Shown here: in pieces, positions 34,869 through 43,991 of the stretch
Layout of the letters: each line of letters begins with the position of its first letter
Numbering within the stretch: position 1 is the stretch's first letter
Assembly (NCBI GenBank): GCA_937864225.1
Contig: CALMJK010000004.1
Location: forward strand, 137,949 to 201,948
Direction: 5' to 3'
From: an uncultured bacterium
GTDB taxonomy: Bacteria > Krumholzibacteriota > Krumholzibacteriia > LZORAL124-64-63
DNA: 64,000 bases
The notes under the pieces: generated by a model
What the model was told of the DNA's origin: nothing
The model's input: the letters and a program-made list of their open reading frames with translations, nothing else
Databases searched by the model: none
Translations under genes and position numbers: made by a program

Positions 34869-36341
34869 ATGCCCCTTGCTCCCCCCCACCGGTCTTTCGC
34901 GCGCCGGGCCAGAGGCCGCCTGTGCGCGCTCGCGGCGCTGGCCGCCCTCTGCGCGGCGGGCTGCCGGGGCCGGTCGATCCCCCCAACGTATAACTCATTT
35001 TTGTCCGCTGATGAAACCGTTTTCACGGACGACTTGCAGGAACGCACTTTCCGCTTCTTCTGGGATCAGGCCCACCCCGCGACGGGCCTCGCCCCGGACC
35101 GCTGGCCCACGCGCTCCTTCGCCAGCTCGGCGGCCACCGGCTTCGCCCTGACCGCCTACCCGATCGGCGCGCAGCGGGGCTGGATCACACGCGAGGCGGC
35201 GTGCCGTCGCGCGCTGCGCACCCTGCGGTTCCTGTGGACCGCGCGGCAGGACAGCGCGCGGACGGGGGCGGCCGGCCACCACGGCCTCTTCTACCACTTC
35301 CTCGACCCCGCCACGGGCGCGCGCTTCGCGGACGTCGAGCTGTCCACCGTGGACACGGCGCTGCTCTTGGCGGGAGCACTCTTCTGCCAGTCGTACTTCG
35401 ACCGGCCCGTCGCCGCCGAGGACAGCGTGCGCGCGCTGGCCGACTCGCTTTACGCGCGCGCCGACTGGCGCTGGGCCAGCCCGCGCCCGCCGGCGATCGG
35501 TCACGGCTGGACGCCCGAGGCGGGGCACCTGCCCTACGATTGGCGGGGGTACAACGAGGCGATGATCCTCTACGTGCTGGCGCTCGCCTCGCCCACGCAC
35601 CCGGTCGACCCCGCCGCCTGGGACGCCTGGGTGGCCGGCTACCGCTGGGGAAGCTTTCAGGAGCGGGAACACGTCGGCTTCGGCCCGCTCTTCGGCCACC
35701 AGTATTCGCACGTCTGGCTGGACCTGCGCGGCGTGCGCGACGCGTTCATGGCGGAGCGCGGGCTCGACTATTTCGAGAACGCGCGGCGCGCCGTCGCGGC
35801 CCAGCAGGCCTACGCCCGGCAGAACCCCGCGGGTTGGGCGGGCTACGGCCCCCTGCTGTGGGGATTGAGCGCCTGCGACGGCCCCGTCGACGGCGAGTTC
35901 ACGGTGGCCGGCCGGCCGCGCCGGTTCCACACCTACTGGGCCCGCGGTGCCTCCTTCACCGGCGTGCAGGACGACGGCACGCTCTGCCCTCCCGCCATGG
36001 CCGCCTGTCTGCCCTTCGCTCCCGAACTGGTCGTGCCGGCGCTGCGCCACCTGCGCGAGACGTACGGCGGGCGCATCCTCGGCGAATACGGCCTGCTGGA
36101 CGCCATGAACCCCACCTTCCGCCTGGACGCGCCGGTGCAGCACGGCCGCGTCGATCCGCGACTCGGCTGGTTCGACACGGACTATCTCGGCATAGAGCAG
36201 GGACCGCTGGTGGCGATGTTCGAGAACGCGCGCAGCGGGCTCGTCTGGCGCACCATGCGGCGCAACGCGCACGTCGTGCGCGGGCTGCGCCTGGCCGGCT
36301 TCACGGGCGGTTGGCTCGACTCGCTCGCGGCGGCGCCATGA
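34869..36341 (+). CDS. GH144-like (glucoamylase/DUF3131 family) endo-beta-1,2-glucanase, lipoprotein
   Basis: Lipobox AAGC; LQERTFRFFWD, SSAATGF.L, GLFYHF, ELSTVDTALL, GYNEA, GPLFGHQYS, WGLSA and YLGIEQG. Confidence 0.8.
   Translation: MPLAPPHRSFARRARGRLCALAALAALCAAGCRGRSIPPTYNSFLSADETVFTDDLQERTFRFFWDQAHPATGLAPDRWPTRSFASSAATGFALTAYPIGAQRGWITREAACRRALRTLRFLWTARQDSARTGAAGHHGLFYHFLDPATGARFADVELSTVDTALLLAGALFCQSYFDRPVAAEDSVRALADSLYARADWRWASPRPPAIGHGWTPEAGHLPYDWRGYNEAMILYVLALASPTHPVDPAAWDAWVAGYRWGSFQEREHVGFGPLFGHQYSHVWLDLRGVRDAFMAERGLDYFENARRAVAAQQAYARQNPAGWAGYGPLLWGLSACDGPVDGEFTVAGRPRRFHTYWARGASFTGVQDDGTLCPPAMAACLPFAPELVVPALRHLRETYGGRILGEYGLLDAMNPTFRLDAPVQHGRVDPRLGWFDTDYLGIEQGPLVAMFENARSGLVWRTMRRNAHVVRGLRLAGFTGGWLDSLAAAP
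35012..35025. promoter_or_regulatory. LacI-family operator inside the GH144 coding sequence
   Basis: TGAAACCGTTTTCA, a CG-centred palindrome matching the two operators at 48007 and 48152. It sits in an AT-rich patch of atypical codons. Confidence 0.7.
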
Positions 36342-37648
36342 AGGGGCGTCTGACCCCGGTCGCGTGGCTCGTCGCCGCGGCGGCGAGCGCGGGCTGCGGC
36401 GGCGGGCGCGACGCCGACCCGGTCACGCTGCGCTTCTGGGCGATGGGGCGCGAGGGCGAGGTCGTGACCGAACTGGTCGGGGATTTCGAGCGCGAGAATC
36501 CCGGCGTGCGGGTCGACGTGCAGCAGATCCCCTGGTCGGCGGCGCACGAGAAGCTGCTGACCGGCTACGTGGGGCGGGCGACCCCTGACGTGGCGCAGCT
36601 CGGCAACACGTGGGTCCCGGAGTTCGCCGCCCTGCGCGCGCTCGCGCCGCTCGACGCGCGGATCGCCGCCTCGCGCGAGCTGACCCCCGACGCCTACTTC
36701 GCCGGAATCTGGGAAACGAACCGAGTCGACGGCGCGATCCACGGCGTGCCGTGGTACGTGGACACGCGCCTGCTCTTCTACCGCCGCGACCTGCTCGCGC
36801 GCGCCGGCTACGACTCGGTGCCCGGCGATTGGGCGGGCTGGCGCGACGCGATGGCGGCGCTCAAGCGCGTGGGCGGCCCCGGCACGCACGCGATCCTGCT
36901 GCCGGTCAACGAGTGGGTGCCGCCGATCCTGCTCGGCCTGCAGGCCGGCTCGCCGCTGCTGGCGGACGACGCCACGCGGGGCGCCTTCGCCGAGCCGGAG
37001 TTCCGTCGCGCGTTCGATTTCTACCTCGGCCTGTTCCGCGACGGCCTGGCACCGCCCGTCGCCAACACGGAGATCGCGAACGTCTATCAGGAGTTCGCCC
37101 GCGGCACGTTCGCGATGTACATCACGGGTCCCTGGAACCTCGGCGAATTCGCCCGCCGATTGCCGCCGCAGCTGCAGGACGCGTGGGCCACCGCGCCCAT
37201 GCCGGGCCCGGACGGCCCCGCGTCCGGCGTATCGTTGGCCGGCGGTTCGAGCCTCGTCGTGTTCCGCGGCTCGCGGCGCGCGGACGCGGCGTGGCGTCTG
37301 GTCGAGTACCTGTCGCGTCCGGCCGTGCAGGTGCGATTCTTCGAGCTGACCGGCGACCTGCCGGCCCGGCGCGAGGCATGGGAGATGGCCGGCCTGTCCC
37401 GCGAGCCGCGCGTGCGCGCCTTCTGGGACCAGCTGCAGCGCGTCGTGCCCACGCCCAAGGTGCCCGAGTGGGAGCAGATCGCCTTCTATCGCGTGCAGGA
37501 GCGGGTCGAACAGGCCGTGCGCGGCGCGGTGCCGCCGGACTCGGCCCTGGCGCGCCTGGACCGCGACGCCGATCGCATCCTCGAGAAGCGGCGCTGGCTG
37601 CTCGCGCATCGGCGCGAGGCGGGCGACGCGGCCGGGGAGGCGCCGTGA
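36338..37648 (+). CDS. Sugar ABC transporter substrate-binding lipoprotein
   Basis: Lipobox ASAGC; VQQIPW, PDVAQLGNTW, VPWYVDTRLLFY and GGSSL. ATGA overlap with the upstream gene. Confidence 0.9.
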   Translation: MKGRLTPVAWLVAAAASAGCGGGRDADPVTLRFWAMGREGEVVTELVGDFERENPGVRVDVQQIPWSAAHEKLLTGYVGRATPDVAQLGNTWVPEFAALRALAPLDARIAASRELTPDAYFAGIWETNRVDGAIHGVPWYVDTRLLFYRRDLLARAGYDSVPGDWAGWRDAMAALKRVGGPGTHAILLPVNEWVPPILLGLQAGSPLLADDATRGAFAEPEFRRAFDFYLGLFRDGLAPPVANTEIANVYQEFARGTFAMYITGPWNLGEFARRLPPQLQDAWATAPMPGPDGPASGVSLAGGSSLVVFRGSRRADAAWRLVEYLSRPAVQVRFFELTGDLPARREAWEMAGLSREPRVRAFWDQLQRVVPTPKVPEWEQIAFYRVQERVEQAVRGAVPPDSALARLDRDADRILEKRRWLLAHRREAGDAAGEAP

Positions 37649-38535
37649 GCACGATCCTGCAGCGGCGACAGGCGCGGGCGGCGTGGCTCTTCGTGGGGCC
37701 GGCGCTCGCGCTGGTGACCGCGTTCTTCCTGGTGCCGGTCCTGGGCGGACTCGCGCTGAGCCTGACCGACTTCGATCTCTACGCCATCGGCGCGCCGGGC
37801 ACGGCGCGTTGGGTGGGCCTGCGCAATTACGCCGAGGCGCTCCGCAACCCCGTGTTCTGGCAGGCCGCGCGCAACACGCTCTACTTCGTGCTCGTCGGGG
37901 GGCCGCTCTCGGTGGCCGTCTCGCTGGCGGCGGCGCTGCTGCTCAACGCGCGGACGGTCCGGCTGCGCGGGCTCTTCCGCACGATCTACTTCGCGCCGGT
38001 CGTGACGATGCTCGTCTCGGTCGCGATCGTCTGGCGCTACCTGCTGCACCCGCGCTACGGTCTGATCAACCACGGCCTCGAGGCGGTTGGGCTGCCCGGC
38101 GTGGACTGGCTGGGCGATCCGCACTGGGCCATGCCGGCCATCGTCCTGCTCTCGGTCTGGAAGAATTTCGGCTACAACATGCTCATCTTCCTCGCGGGCT
38201 TGGGCAGCATCCCCGGGGAACTGTACGAGGCGGCGGCGATCGACGGCGCCTCCGCGGCGCGGCGCTTCCGCCACATCACGCTGCCCGGCCTGGCGCCGGT
38301 GTTCCTGTTCGTGGGCGTGACCACGATGATCGGCAATTTCCAGCTCTTCGCCGAGCCGTACGTGATGACGCAGGGCGGCCCGCTTGGCGCGACGCGCACT
38401 CTGATGCTGCTCACGTACGAGGAGGGCTTCCGCTGGTGGCGGATGGGCGTGGCGTCCGCGCTCGCGGCGCTGCTGCTCTTGATCACGCTGGCCGGCGCGC
38501 TCGCGCAGACCCGACTGAAGGGAGGGCGCTGGTGA
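37645..38535 (+). CDS. Sugar ABC transporter permease (MalF-like)
   Basis: VGLRNY, RTIYFAP, WLGDP and EAA motif LYEAAAIDGA. Confidence 0.92.
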   Translation: MSTILQRRQARAAWLFVGPALALVTAFFLVPVLGGLALSLTDFDLYAIGAPGTARWVGLRNYAEALRNPVFWQAARNTLYFVLVGGPLSVAVSLAAALLLNARTVRLRGLFRTIYFAPVVTMLVSVAIVWRYLLHPRYGLINHGLEAVGLPGVDWLGDPHWAMPAIVLLSVWKNFGYNMLIFLAGLGSIPGELYEAAAIDGASAARRFRHITLPGLAPVFLFVGVTTMIGNFQLFAEPYVMTQGGPLGATRTLMLLTYEEGFRWWRMGVASALAALLLLITLAGALAQTRLKGGRW

Positions 38536-39356
38536 GGCGGCGCGACGTCGACACCGCGGTCCGGCACGCGGCCCTGACCTTCGGCGCGGCCATCGCCCTG
38601 ATGCCGTTGCTGTGGATGGTGTCGGCGTCCTTCATGGCGCCCGGCGAGGCGAGCACGCTGCCGTTGCGGGCCCTGCCGCGCCGGCCGACGCTCGAACATT
38701 ACGCGACGCTCTTCACGCGCCTCGATCTGGCTCGGCACTTCCTGAACAGCGTCGTGGTGACCCTGGCCGCCACGCTCGGCTCGCTGCTGGTCACGTCGCT
38801 GGCGGGCTACGGCTTCGCGAAGCTGCGCTTCCGCGGCCGCGACGCCATGTTCCGCGCGTTGGCCCTGGCGCTCGTCGTGCCAGGCCAGGTCGGCATGCTG
38901 CCGCTGTTCCTGCTGCTGCGCGAGTTGGGCCTGGTGAACAGCTACCTCGGCGCGATGCTGCCCTTCTTCGGCAGCGTGTACGCCATTTTCCTGATCCGCC
39001 AATATGCTCTCAGCGTGCCCGACGATCTGCTCGACGCCGCGCGCATCGACGGGGCCGGCGAGTTGCGCATCTTCGCCACGATCGTGCTGCCGCTGATCAA
39101 GCCGATCCTCGTCACGCTCGCCGCCTACACCTTCATGGCGGCCTGGAACGACTTCCTCTGGCCGCTGATCATCCTGAGCGACAGCGCGAAGTACACCCTG
39201 CCGGTGGCGCTGGCCAGCCTGGTCGGCGAGCACGTGCAGGACACCGAACTGATGATGGCCGGCGCCGTCGTGACGGTGTTGCCGGCCCTGGGCGTGTTCC
39301 TCGCGATCCAGCGCCACTACGTGCGCGGCATCATGGCGGGGAGCGTGAAGGGGTGA
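38532..39356 (+). CDS. Sugar ABC transporter permease (MalG-like)
   Basis: GYGFAKLRF, EAA motif LLDAARIDGA, WNDFLWP and YVRGI..GSVKG. Confidence 0.92.
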   Translation: MRRRDVDTAVRHAALTFGAAIALMPLLWMVSASFMAPGEASTLPLRALPRRPTLEHYATLFTRLDLARHFLNSVVVTLAATLGSLLVTSLAGYGFAKLRFRGRDAMFRALALALVVPGQVGMLPLFLLLRELGLVNSYLGAMLPFFGSVYAIFLIRQYALSVPDDLLDAARIDGAGELRIFATIVLPLIKPILVTLAAYTFMAAWNDFLWPLIILSDSAKYTLPVALASLVGEHVQDTELMMAGAVVTVLPALGVFLAIQRHYVRGIMAGSVKG

Positions 39357-42300
39357 GGCGCGTGGGACGCCAGAGGCGGTGCTTGCTCGCCGCGGCGCTG
39401 GCGTTGGCGGTGACAGGCCCGGGCGCGGCGCTCGGCCAGCCGGCGGAGCCTCCGGTCGAGGCCTCTTCGCTGCCGCTGATCCGCTTCCCGGACGATCCGC
39501 CGCTGCCCGGACAGGCCCTGATCGTCGACGACATGGACGACCCGTCGCGCTGGACGGCGCACCCCGCCGACGGCGTCGCCCTCACGCTCGGCCGCGACGC
39601 CGGCGCGCGCGACGGCTCGTTGCGCCTGGACTTCCGCTTCGCGGGCGGCGGCTGGGCCATCGCCCGCCGGACGCTCGACCTGGAGTTGCCCGACAACTGG
39701 GTTTTCACGCTGCGCGTGCGCGGCGCGGCTCCCCCCGAGCATCTCGAGTTCAAGCTGATCGACCAGACCGGCGAGAATGTCTGGTGGCACGTCAAACGGG
39801 ATTTCGCGTTCCCGGACGAGTGGCGCACGATCACGATCCGCAAGCGCCAGGTGAGCTTCGCTTGGGGGCCGGCCGGCGGCGGCGAGCCGCGCCGCGTCGC
39901 GGCCGTCGAACTCGCCATCACCGCCGGCAGCGGCGGCCAGGGCACCGTGTGGTTCGACGACCTCGAACTGCGCGCGCTGCCACCGGCCGGCGCCACGCCT
40001 CCCGCCCCCGTCGCGAGCGCCTCGAGCTGCCGTCGCGGCCGCGGGCCCGCGCGCGTGCTCGACCACGACGCGACGACCGCCTGGGAGCCGCGGCGCGACG
40101 ACGGCGCCCCCTGGCTCGCGCTGGACCTGGGCGAGCCGCGCGAGTTCGGCGGCCTCACGCTCGCTTGGGCGCCGGGCCGCCACGCGGCCGACTACGCGCT
40201 CGAGGGAACGCTCGACGGCGCGACGTGGGACACGCTGGCCGTCGTGTCGGGAGGCAACGGCGGGCGCGACCATCTCTACCTGCCCGACGGCGAGGCCCTG
40301 CGGCTGCGCCTGCGCCCGCGGCGCCCGCCCGGCGCTGCCGCCCCGGCGCTGGCGGCCTTGATTCTGCAGCCCCTCGAGTGGTCGGCCTCCCGCGAGGCTT
40401 TCTTCGCCGCCATCGCGCAGGAACACCCGCGCGGCACTTTTCCCCGCGGCATGTCCGGCGAGCAGGTCTACTGGACGGTGGTCGGTCCCGACGCCGACCC
40501 GCGGGAGGGTCTGCTCAGCGAGGACGGGGCGCTGGAGACGGGCCGGCGGCGATTCACGATCGAGCCGTTCCTGATCGTGGACGGAAGGCTCGTGACGTGG
40601 GCCGACCAGGAGAACCGGCAGGACCTGGACGGCGACGCCCGGGTGCCGAGGGTGACCTGGACCGATCCCGACGTGGGCTTCGAGGTGACCGCGAGCGCGC
40701 TGGGCCCGGCGTCGGGTGCCGCGGCGATCCTTGCCTCGTACCGCGTCAGCAACCCGGCGCGGGTTCGCCGCGAGATCGCGCTCGTTCTGGCGGCGAGGCC
40801 GTTCCAGGTCAACCCGCCGGCTCAATTCCTGGCCACGCCCGGCGGCACGGCGCCGATTCGCACGCTGGCCCGCGAGGCGGTTGGTCTGCGCGTCAATGGC
40901 GAGCTGGCCGTGGCGCTGCCGACCCCTCCGGACGCCTTTGGCGCCGCGACGTTCGCCGGGGGTGACATCGTGGCCGACTGGCTGCGGGCCGGGGCTCTGC
41001 CGCCGGCGCAGGCGGTGGACGATCGGTTCGGCGCCGCTTCGGGGGCCGCGCTGTACCGCCTGGTCCTCGCGCCGGGGGAGTCGCGTTCCTTGGTGGTCAT
41101 CGTGCCCCTGGATCCCGCCGACGAGTCCGCGACGCGCGCGCTGGCCGCGGCCGCCGGCGACGACCCGGTCGGTTGGGCGCGGCGCGAGACGGCGCGCGCG
41201 CGCGCGAGCTCCTGGCGCGGCGAAGATAGGTCCTGCACGCTGGACCTGCCGAGCGCCGCCGGCCGTCTCGCGCGGACCGTGCTGGCCCAGCATGACTGCA
41301 TCCTGGTCAATCGCGCGGGCCCCGCGATCCAGCCGGGCTCGCGTTCCTACGCGCGATCCTGGATCCGCGACGGGGCGCTCACCTCATCCGCGCTGCTGCG
41401 GCTGCGGCATCCCGAGCCGGTGCGTGAATTCATCGAGTGGTATGCCCCGCACCAGTACCCCAGCGGAAAGATCCCCTGCGTGGTCGACGAACGCGGGGCC
41501 GACCCCGTGCCCGAGCACGACAGCAGCGGCCAGTTCATATTCCTGGTCGCCGAGTACTGGCGCTACACGCACGACCGCCCGCTGGCCGAGCGCATGTGGC
41601 CGCGGGTGCGCGCGGCGGTCGCCTACCTGGACTCGCTGCGGCGCACGCGGACGACCGACGAATGGCGCGCGCCCGCACGGGCCGAGTTCTACGGCATCCT
41701 GCCGCCCTCGATCAGCCACGAGGGCTATTCCGCCAAACCGATGCACTCCTATTGGGACGACTTCTTCGCCCTGCGCGGCTTCGCCGATGCGGCCTTCCTC
41801 GCGCGAGAGCTGGGGCGGGCCGGCGAGGCCGCGCGCCTGCAAGCGCTCCACGACGAGTTCGCGGTCGACCTCGGCGCCTCGGTGCGCGCGGCCATGGCGC
41901 GGCACGGCATCGACTATGTGCCGGGCTGCGCCGACCTGGGCGATTTCGACGCGACCTCGACCACCATCGCCCTCGGTCCCACCAGCGCGGCGGCGGTTCT
42001 GCCTCGCGAGGCGATCGCGCGCACCTTCGAGCGCTACTGGGACAATTTCCAACGACGCCGCGCGGGCGAGCCGTGGGAGGCCTTCACGCCCTACGAGCTG
42101 CGCAACGTGGGGGCGTTCGTGCGCCTGGGCTGGCGGGAGCGCGCCCACGAGCTGCTGGACTGGTTCTACGGCTGGCAGCGCCCCGAGGGGTGGTTGCAGT
42201 GGGCCGAGGTCTGCTGGCGCGACGAGCGCCGGCCGCGTTTCCTGGGCGACCTGCCGCACACGTGGGTCGGCTCCGATTTCATCCGCTCCGCGCTCGACAT

Positions 42301-42616
42301 GCTGCTCTACGTGCGCGACGCAGACCAAGCGGTCGTCATCGGGGCTGGCGTGCTGCCGCAGTGGCTGCAGCCTGGATCCGAGGTCCGCGTCGACCTGCCG
42401 ACGCCCTGGGGGTCCGTCGCCTACCGGATGTGGAAGGAGGCGGATCGGTTCCTGGTGAGGGTGGAGGCCGGCATGCCTCCGGGCGGCCTCGTCCTGCAGC
42501 CCCCGCTGCCGGGCCCGCCGCGCGGCGTGACCTGCGACGGCGCGCCGCTGCCGCTCTCGGCCGCTGGCGAGATCGTCGTGCGCACGTCGCCCGCCGAGGT
42601 CGTGATCACGCCGTGA
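39353..42616 (+). CDS. Secreted modular protein: CBM-like jelly roll, discoidin (F5/8C) domain and six-hairpin (alpha/alpha)6 glycosidase-like domain
   Basis: Signal peptide; CBM11/CIA30-like N-domain; LDHDATTAW...WL.LDLG discoidin; YARSWIRDG, EHDSSGQ, YWD and PYE barrel motifs. Confidence 0.72.
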   Translation: MRRVGRQRRCLLAAALALAVTGPGAALGQPAEPPVEASSLPLIRFPDDPPLPGQALIVDDMDDPSRWTAHPADGVALTLGRDAGARDGSLRLDFRFAGGGWAIARRTLDLELPDNWVFTLRVRGAAPPEHLEFKLIDQTGENVWWHVKRDFAFPDEWRTITIRKRQVSFAWGPAGGGEPRRVAAVELAITAGSGGQGTVWFDDLELRALPPAGATPPAPVASASSCRRGRGPARVLDHDATTAWEPRRDDGAPWLALDLGEPREFGGLTLAWAPGRHAADYALEGTLDGATWDTLAVVSGGNGGRDHLYLPDGEALRLRLRPRRPPGAAAPALAALILQPLEWSASREAFFAAIAQEHPRGTFPRGMSGEQVYWTVVGPDADPREGLLSEDGALETGRRRFTIEPFLIVDGRLVTWADQENRQDLDGDARVPRVTWTDPDVGFEVTASALGPASGAAAILASYRVSNPARVRREIALVLAARPFQVNPPAQFLATPGGTAPIRTLAREAVGLRVNGELAVALPTPPDAFGAATFAGGDIVADWLRAGALPPAQAVDDRFGAASGAALYRLVLAPGESRSLVVIVPLDPADESATRALAAAAGDDPVGWARRETARARASSWRGEDRSCTLDLPSAAGRLARTVLAQHDCILVNRAGPAIQPGSRSYARSWIRDGALTSSALLRLRHPEPVREFIEWYAPHQYPSGKIPCVVDERGADPVPEHDSSGQFIFLVAEYWRYTHDRPLAERMWPRVRAAVAYLDSLRRTRTTDEWRAPARAEFYGILPPSISHEGYSAKPMHSYWDDFFALRGFADAAFLARELGRAGEAARLQALHDEFAVDLGASVRAAMARHGIDYVPGCADLGDFDATSTTIALGPTSAAAVLPREAIARTFERYWDNFQRRRAGEPWEAFTPYELRNVGAFVRLGWRERAHELLDWFYGWQRPEGWLQWAEVCWRDERRPRFLGDLPHTWVGSDFIRSALDMLLYVRDADQAVVIGAGVLPQWLQPGSEVRVDLPTPWGSVAYRMWKEADRFLVRVEAGMPPGGLVLQPPLPGPPRGVTCDGAPLPLSAAGEIVVRTSPAEVVITP

Positions 42617-43955
42617 GTGTCGCGCCGTCGCTCGCGATCACGTCCCGGTAGAACGCCCCGCTCGACTTGAGGGTCCGCCGCTGCGTGGCGTGGTCCACGT
42701 GCACGATACCGAAGCGCTTGGCGTAGCCGGCGGCCCACTCGCAGTTGTCGAGCAGCGACCAGACGAAGTAGCCGCGCAGGTCCGCGCCCTGGCCGATCGC
42801 CTCGCGCGCGGCCAGCAGGTGCGCTCGCAGGTAATCGACGCGCAAGGGATCGGGCAGGGGATCGGCCGTCGCGACCTCGGGATCGGGGAACGCCGCCCCG
42901 TTCTCCGTGATGTAGAGCGGCAGGTCGGTCTGCTGCTTCAGCCGCAGCAACGTGTCCGTCAGCGCCCGCGGCCAAACCTCCCAGCCCAGGTCCGTGTAGA
43001 CGCTGCCGGACTGTCGCACGTGCGCCGCGTGGGGGACGGGCGCCGTCGGATCGTGACGCACGACGCCGCGCGTGTAGTAGTTGAGGCCGAGCCAGTCGAT
43101 GGGCGCGCGGATCAAGTCGAAATCTCCGGCCGGGAAGCCGGGCCACGCGCAGAACAGCGCCCGCAATTCTTCCGGATAGCGGCCGCGCAGCAGCCCTTCA
43201 AGGAACCAGCGGTTCATGTAGGCGTCGGCGCGCGCGGCGGCCGCGACGTCGGCCGGATCGTCCGTCGCGGCCAGCTTGGGCTCGATGTTGAGCACGATGC
43301 CGACCGGTCGCGCCGTCTCGGCGCGCAGCGCCTGGACGCCCGCGCCGTGCGCGCGCAGCAGGTTGTGCGCGACACGCGGCGCCTCCGCCGGCGCGCGCCG
43401 GCCGGGCGCGTGCACCCCGTGCACGTAGCCGGCGTCCATGATCACCCACGGCTCGTTGAGCGTCGCCCACATCGCGACCCGGTCGCCGAGCGCCCGCGCC
43501 ACGACCGACGCGTAGTCCGCGAACCAGCCCGCGGCGTCGGGATTGAGCCAACCGCCACGTTCCTCGAGCGCGGCGGGCAGGTCCCAATGGTGCAAGGTCA
43601 GGCTCGGCGCCAGGCCGCTCTCCAGCAGCGCGTCCACGAGCCGGCCATAGAAGGCGAGGCCGGCCGGGTTGATCCGCCCGCGTCCCTGCGGCAGCACCCG
43701 CGCCCAGGCCACGCTGAAGCGATAGGCGTTGAGCTCCAGCCCGCGCATGAGCGCGATGTCCTCGCGCCAGCGCCGGTAGTGATCGCAAGCGACGTCTGCG
43801 GTCTGTCCGCGGAAGGTGCGCCCCGGCGTGTGCGCGAAGACATGCCAGTTGCTCGGCCCGGCCCCGTCCGCCAGCGGCGAGCCTTCGATCTGGTAGGCGG
43901 ATGTGGCCGCTCCCCAGAGAAAGCCGACGGGGAAGCGTGATGGCGCGTCGGGCAC
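42606..43955 (-). CDS. GH1 beta-glucosidase (cytoplasmic)
   Basis: WGAATSAYQIEG, CDHYRRW, TLNEP acid/base, YITENG nucleophile, WSLLDNCEW. No signal peptide. Confidence 0.95.
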   Translation of the reverse strand: MPDAPSRFPVGFLWGAATSAYQIEGSPLADGAGPSNWHVFAHTPGRTFRGQTADVACDHYRRWREDIALMRGLELNAYRFSVAWARVLPQGRGRINPAGLAFYGRLVDALLESGLAPSLTLHHWDLPAALEERGGWLNPDAAGWFADYASVVARALGDRVAMWATLNEPWVIMDAGYVHGVHAPGRRAPAEAPRVAHNLLRAHGAGVQALRAETARPVGIVLNIEPKLAATDDPADVAAAARADAYMNRWFLEGLLRGRYPEELRALFCAWPGFPAGDFDLIRAPIDWLGLNYYTRGVVRHDPTAPVPHAAHVRQSGSVYTDLGWEVWPRALTDTLLRLKQQTDLPLYITENGAAFPDPEVATADPLPDPLRVDYLRAHLLAAREAIGQGADLRGYFVWSLLDNCEWAAGYAKRFGIVHVDHATQRRTLKSSGAFYRDVIASDGATLTA

Positions 43956-43991
43956 GGCTCTCCTTTCCGACTCCCGGGCCGGACGCTGACA

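Noticed and set aside
42606-42616. 11-nt tail-to-tail overlap of the six-hairpin enzyme and GH1 genes
   Set aside because: Short convergent overlaps are common in compact high-GC genomes, and nothing indicates antisense regulation.
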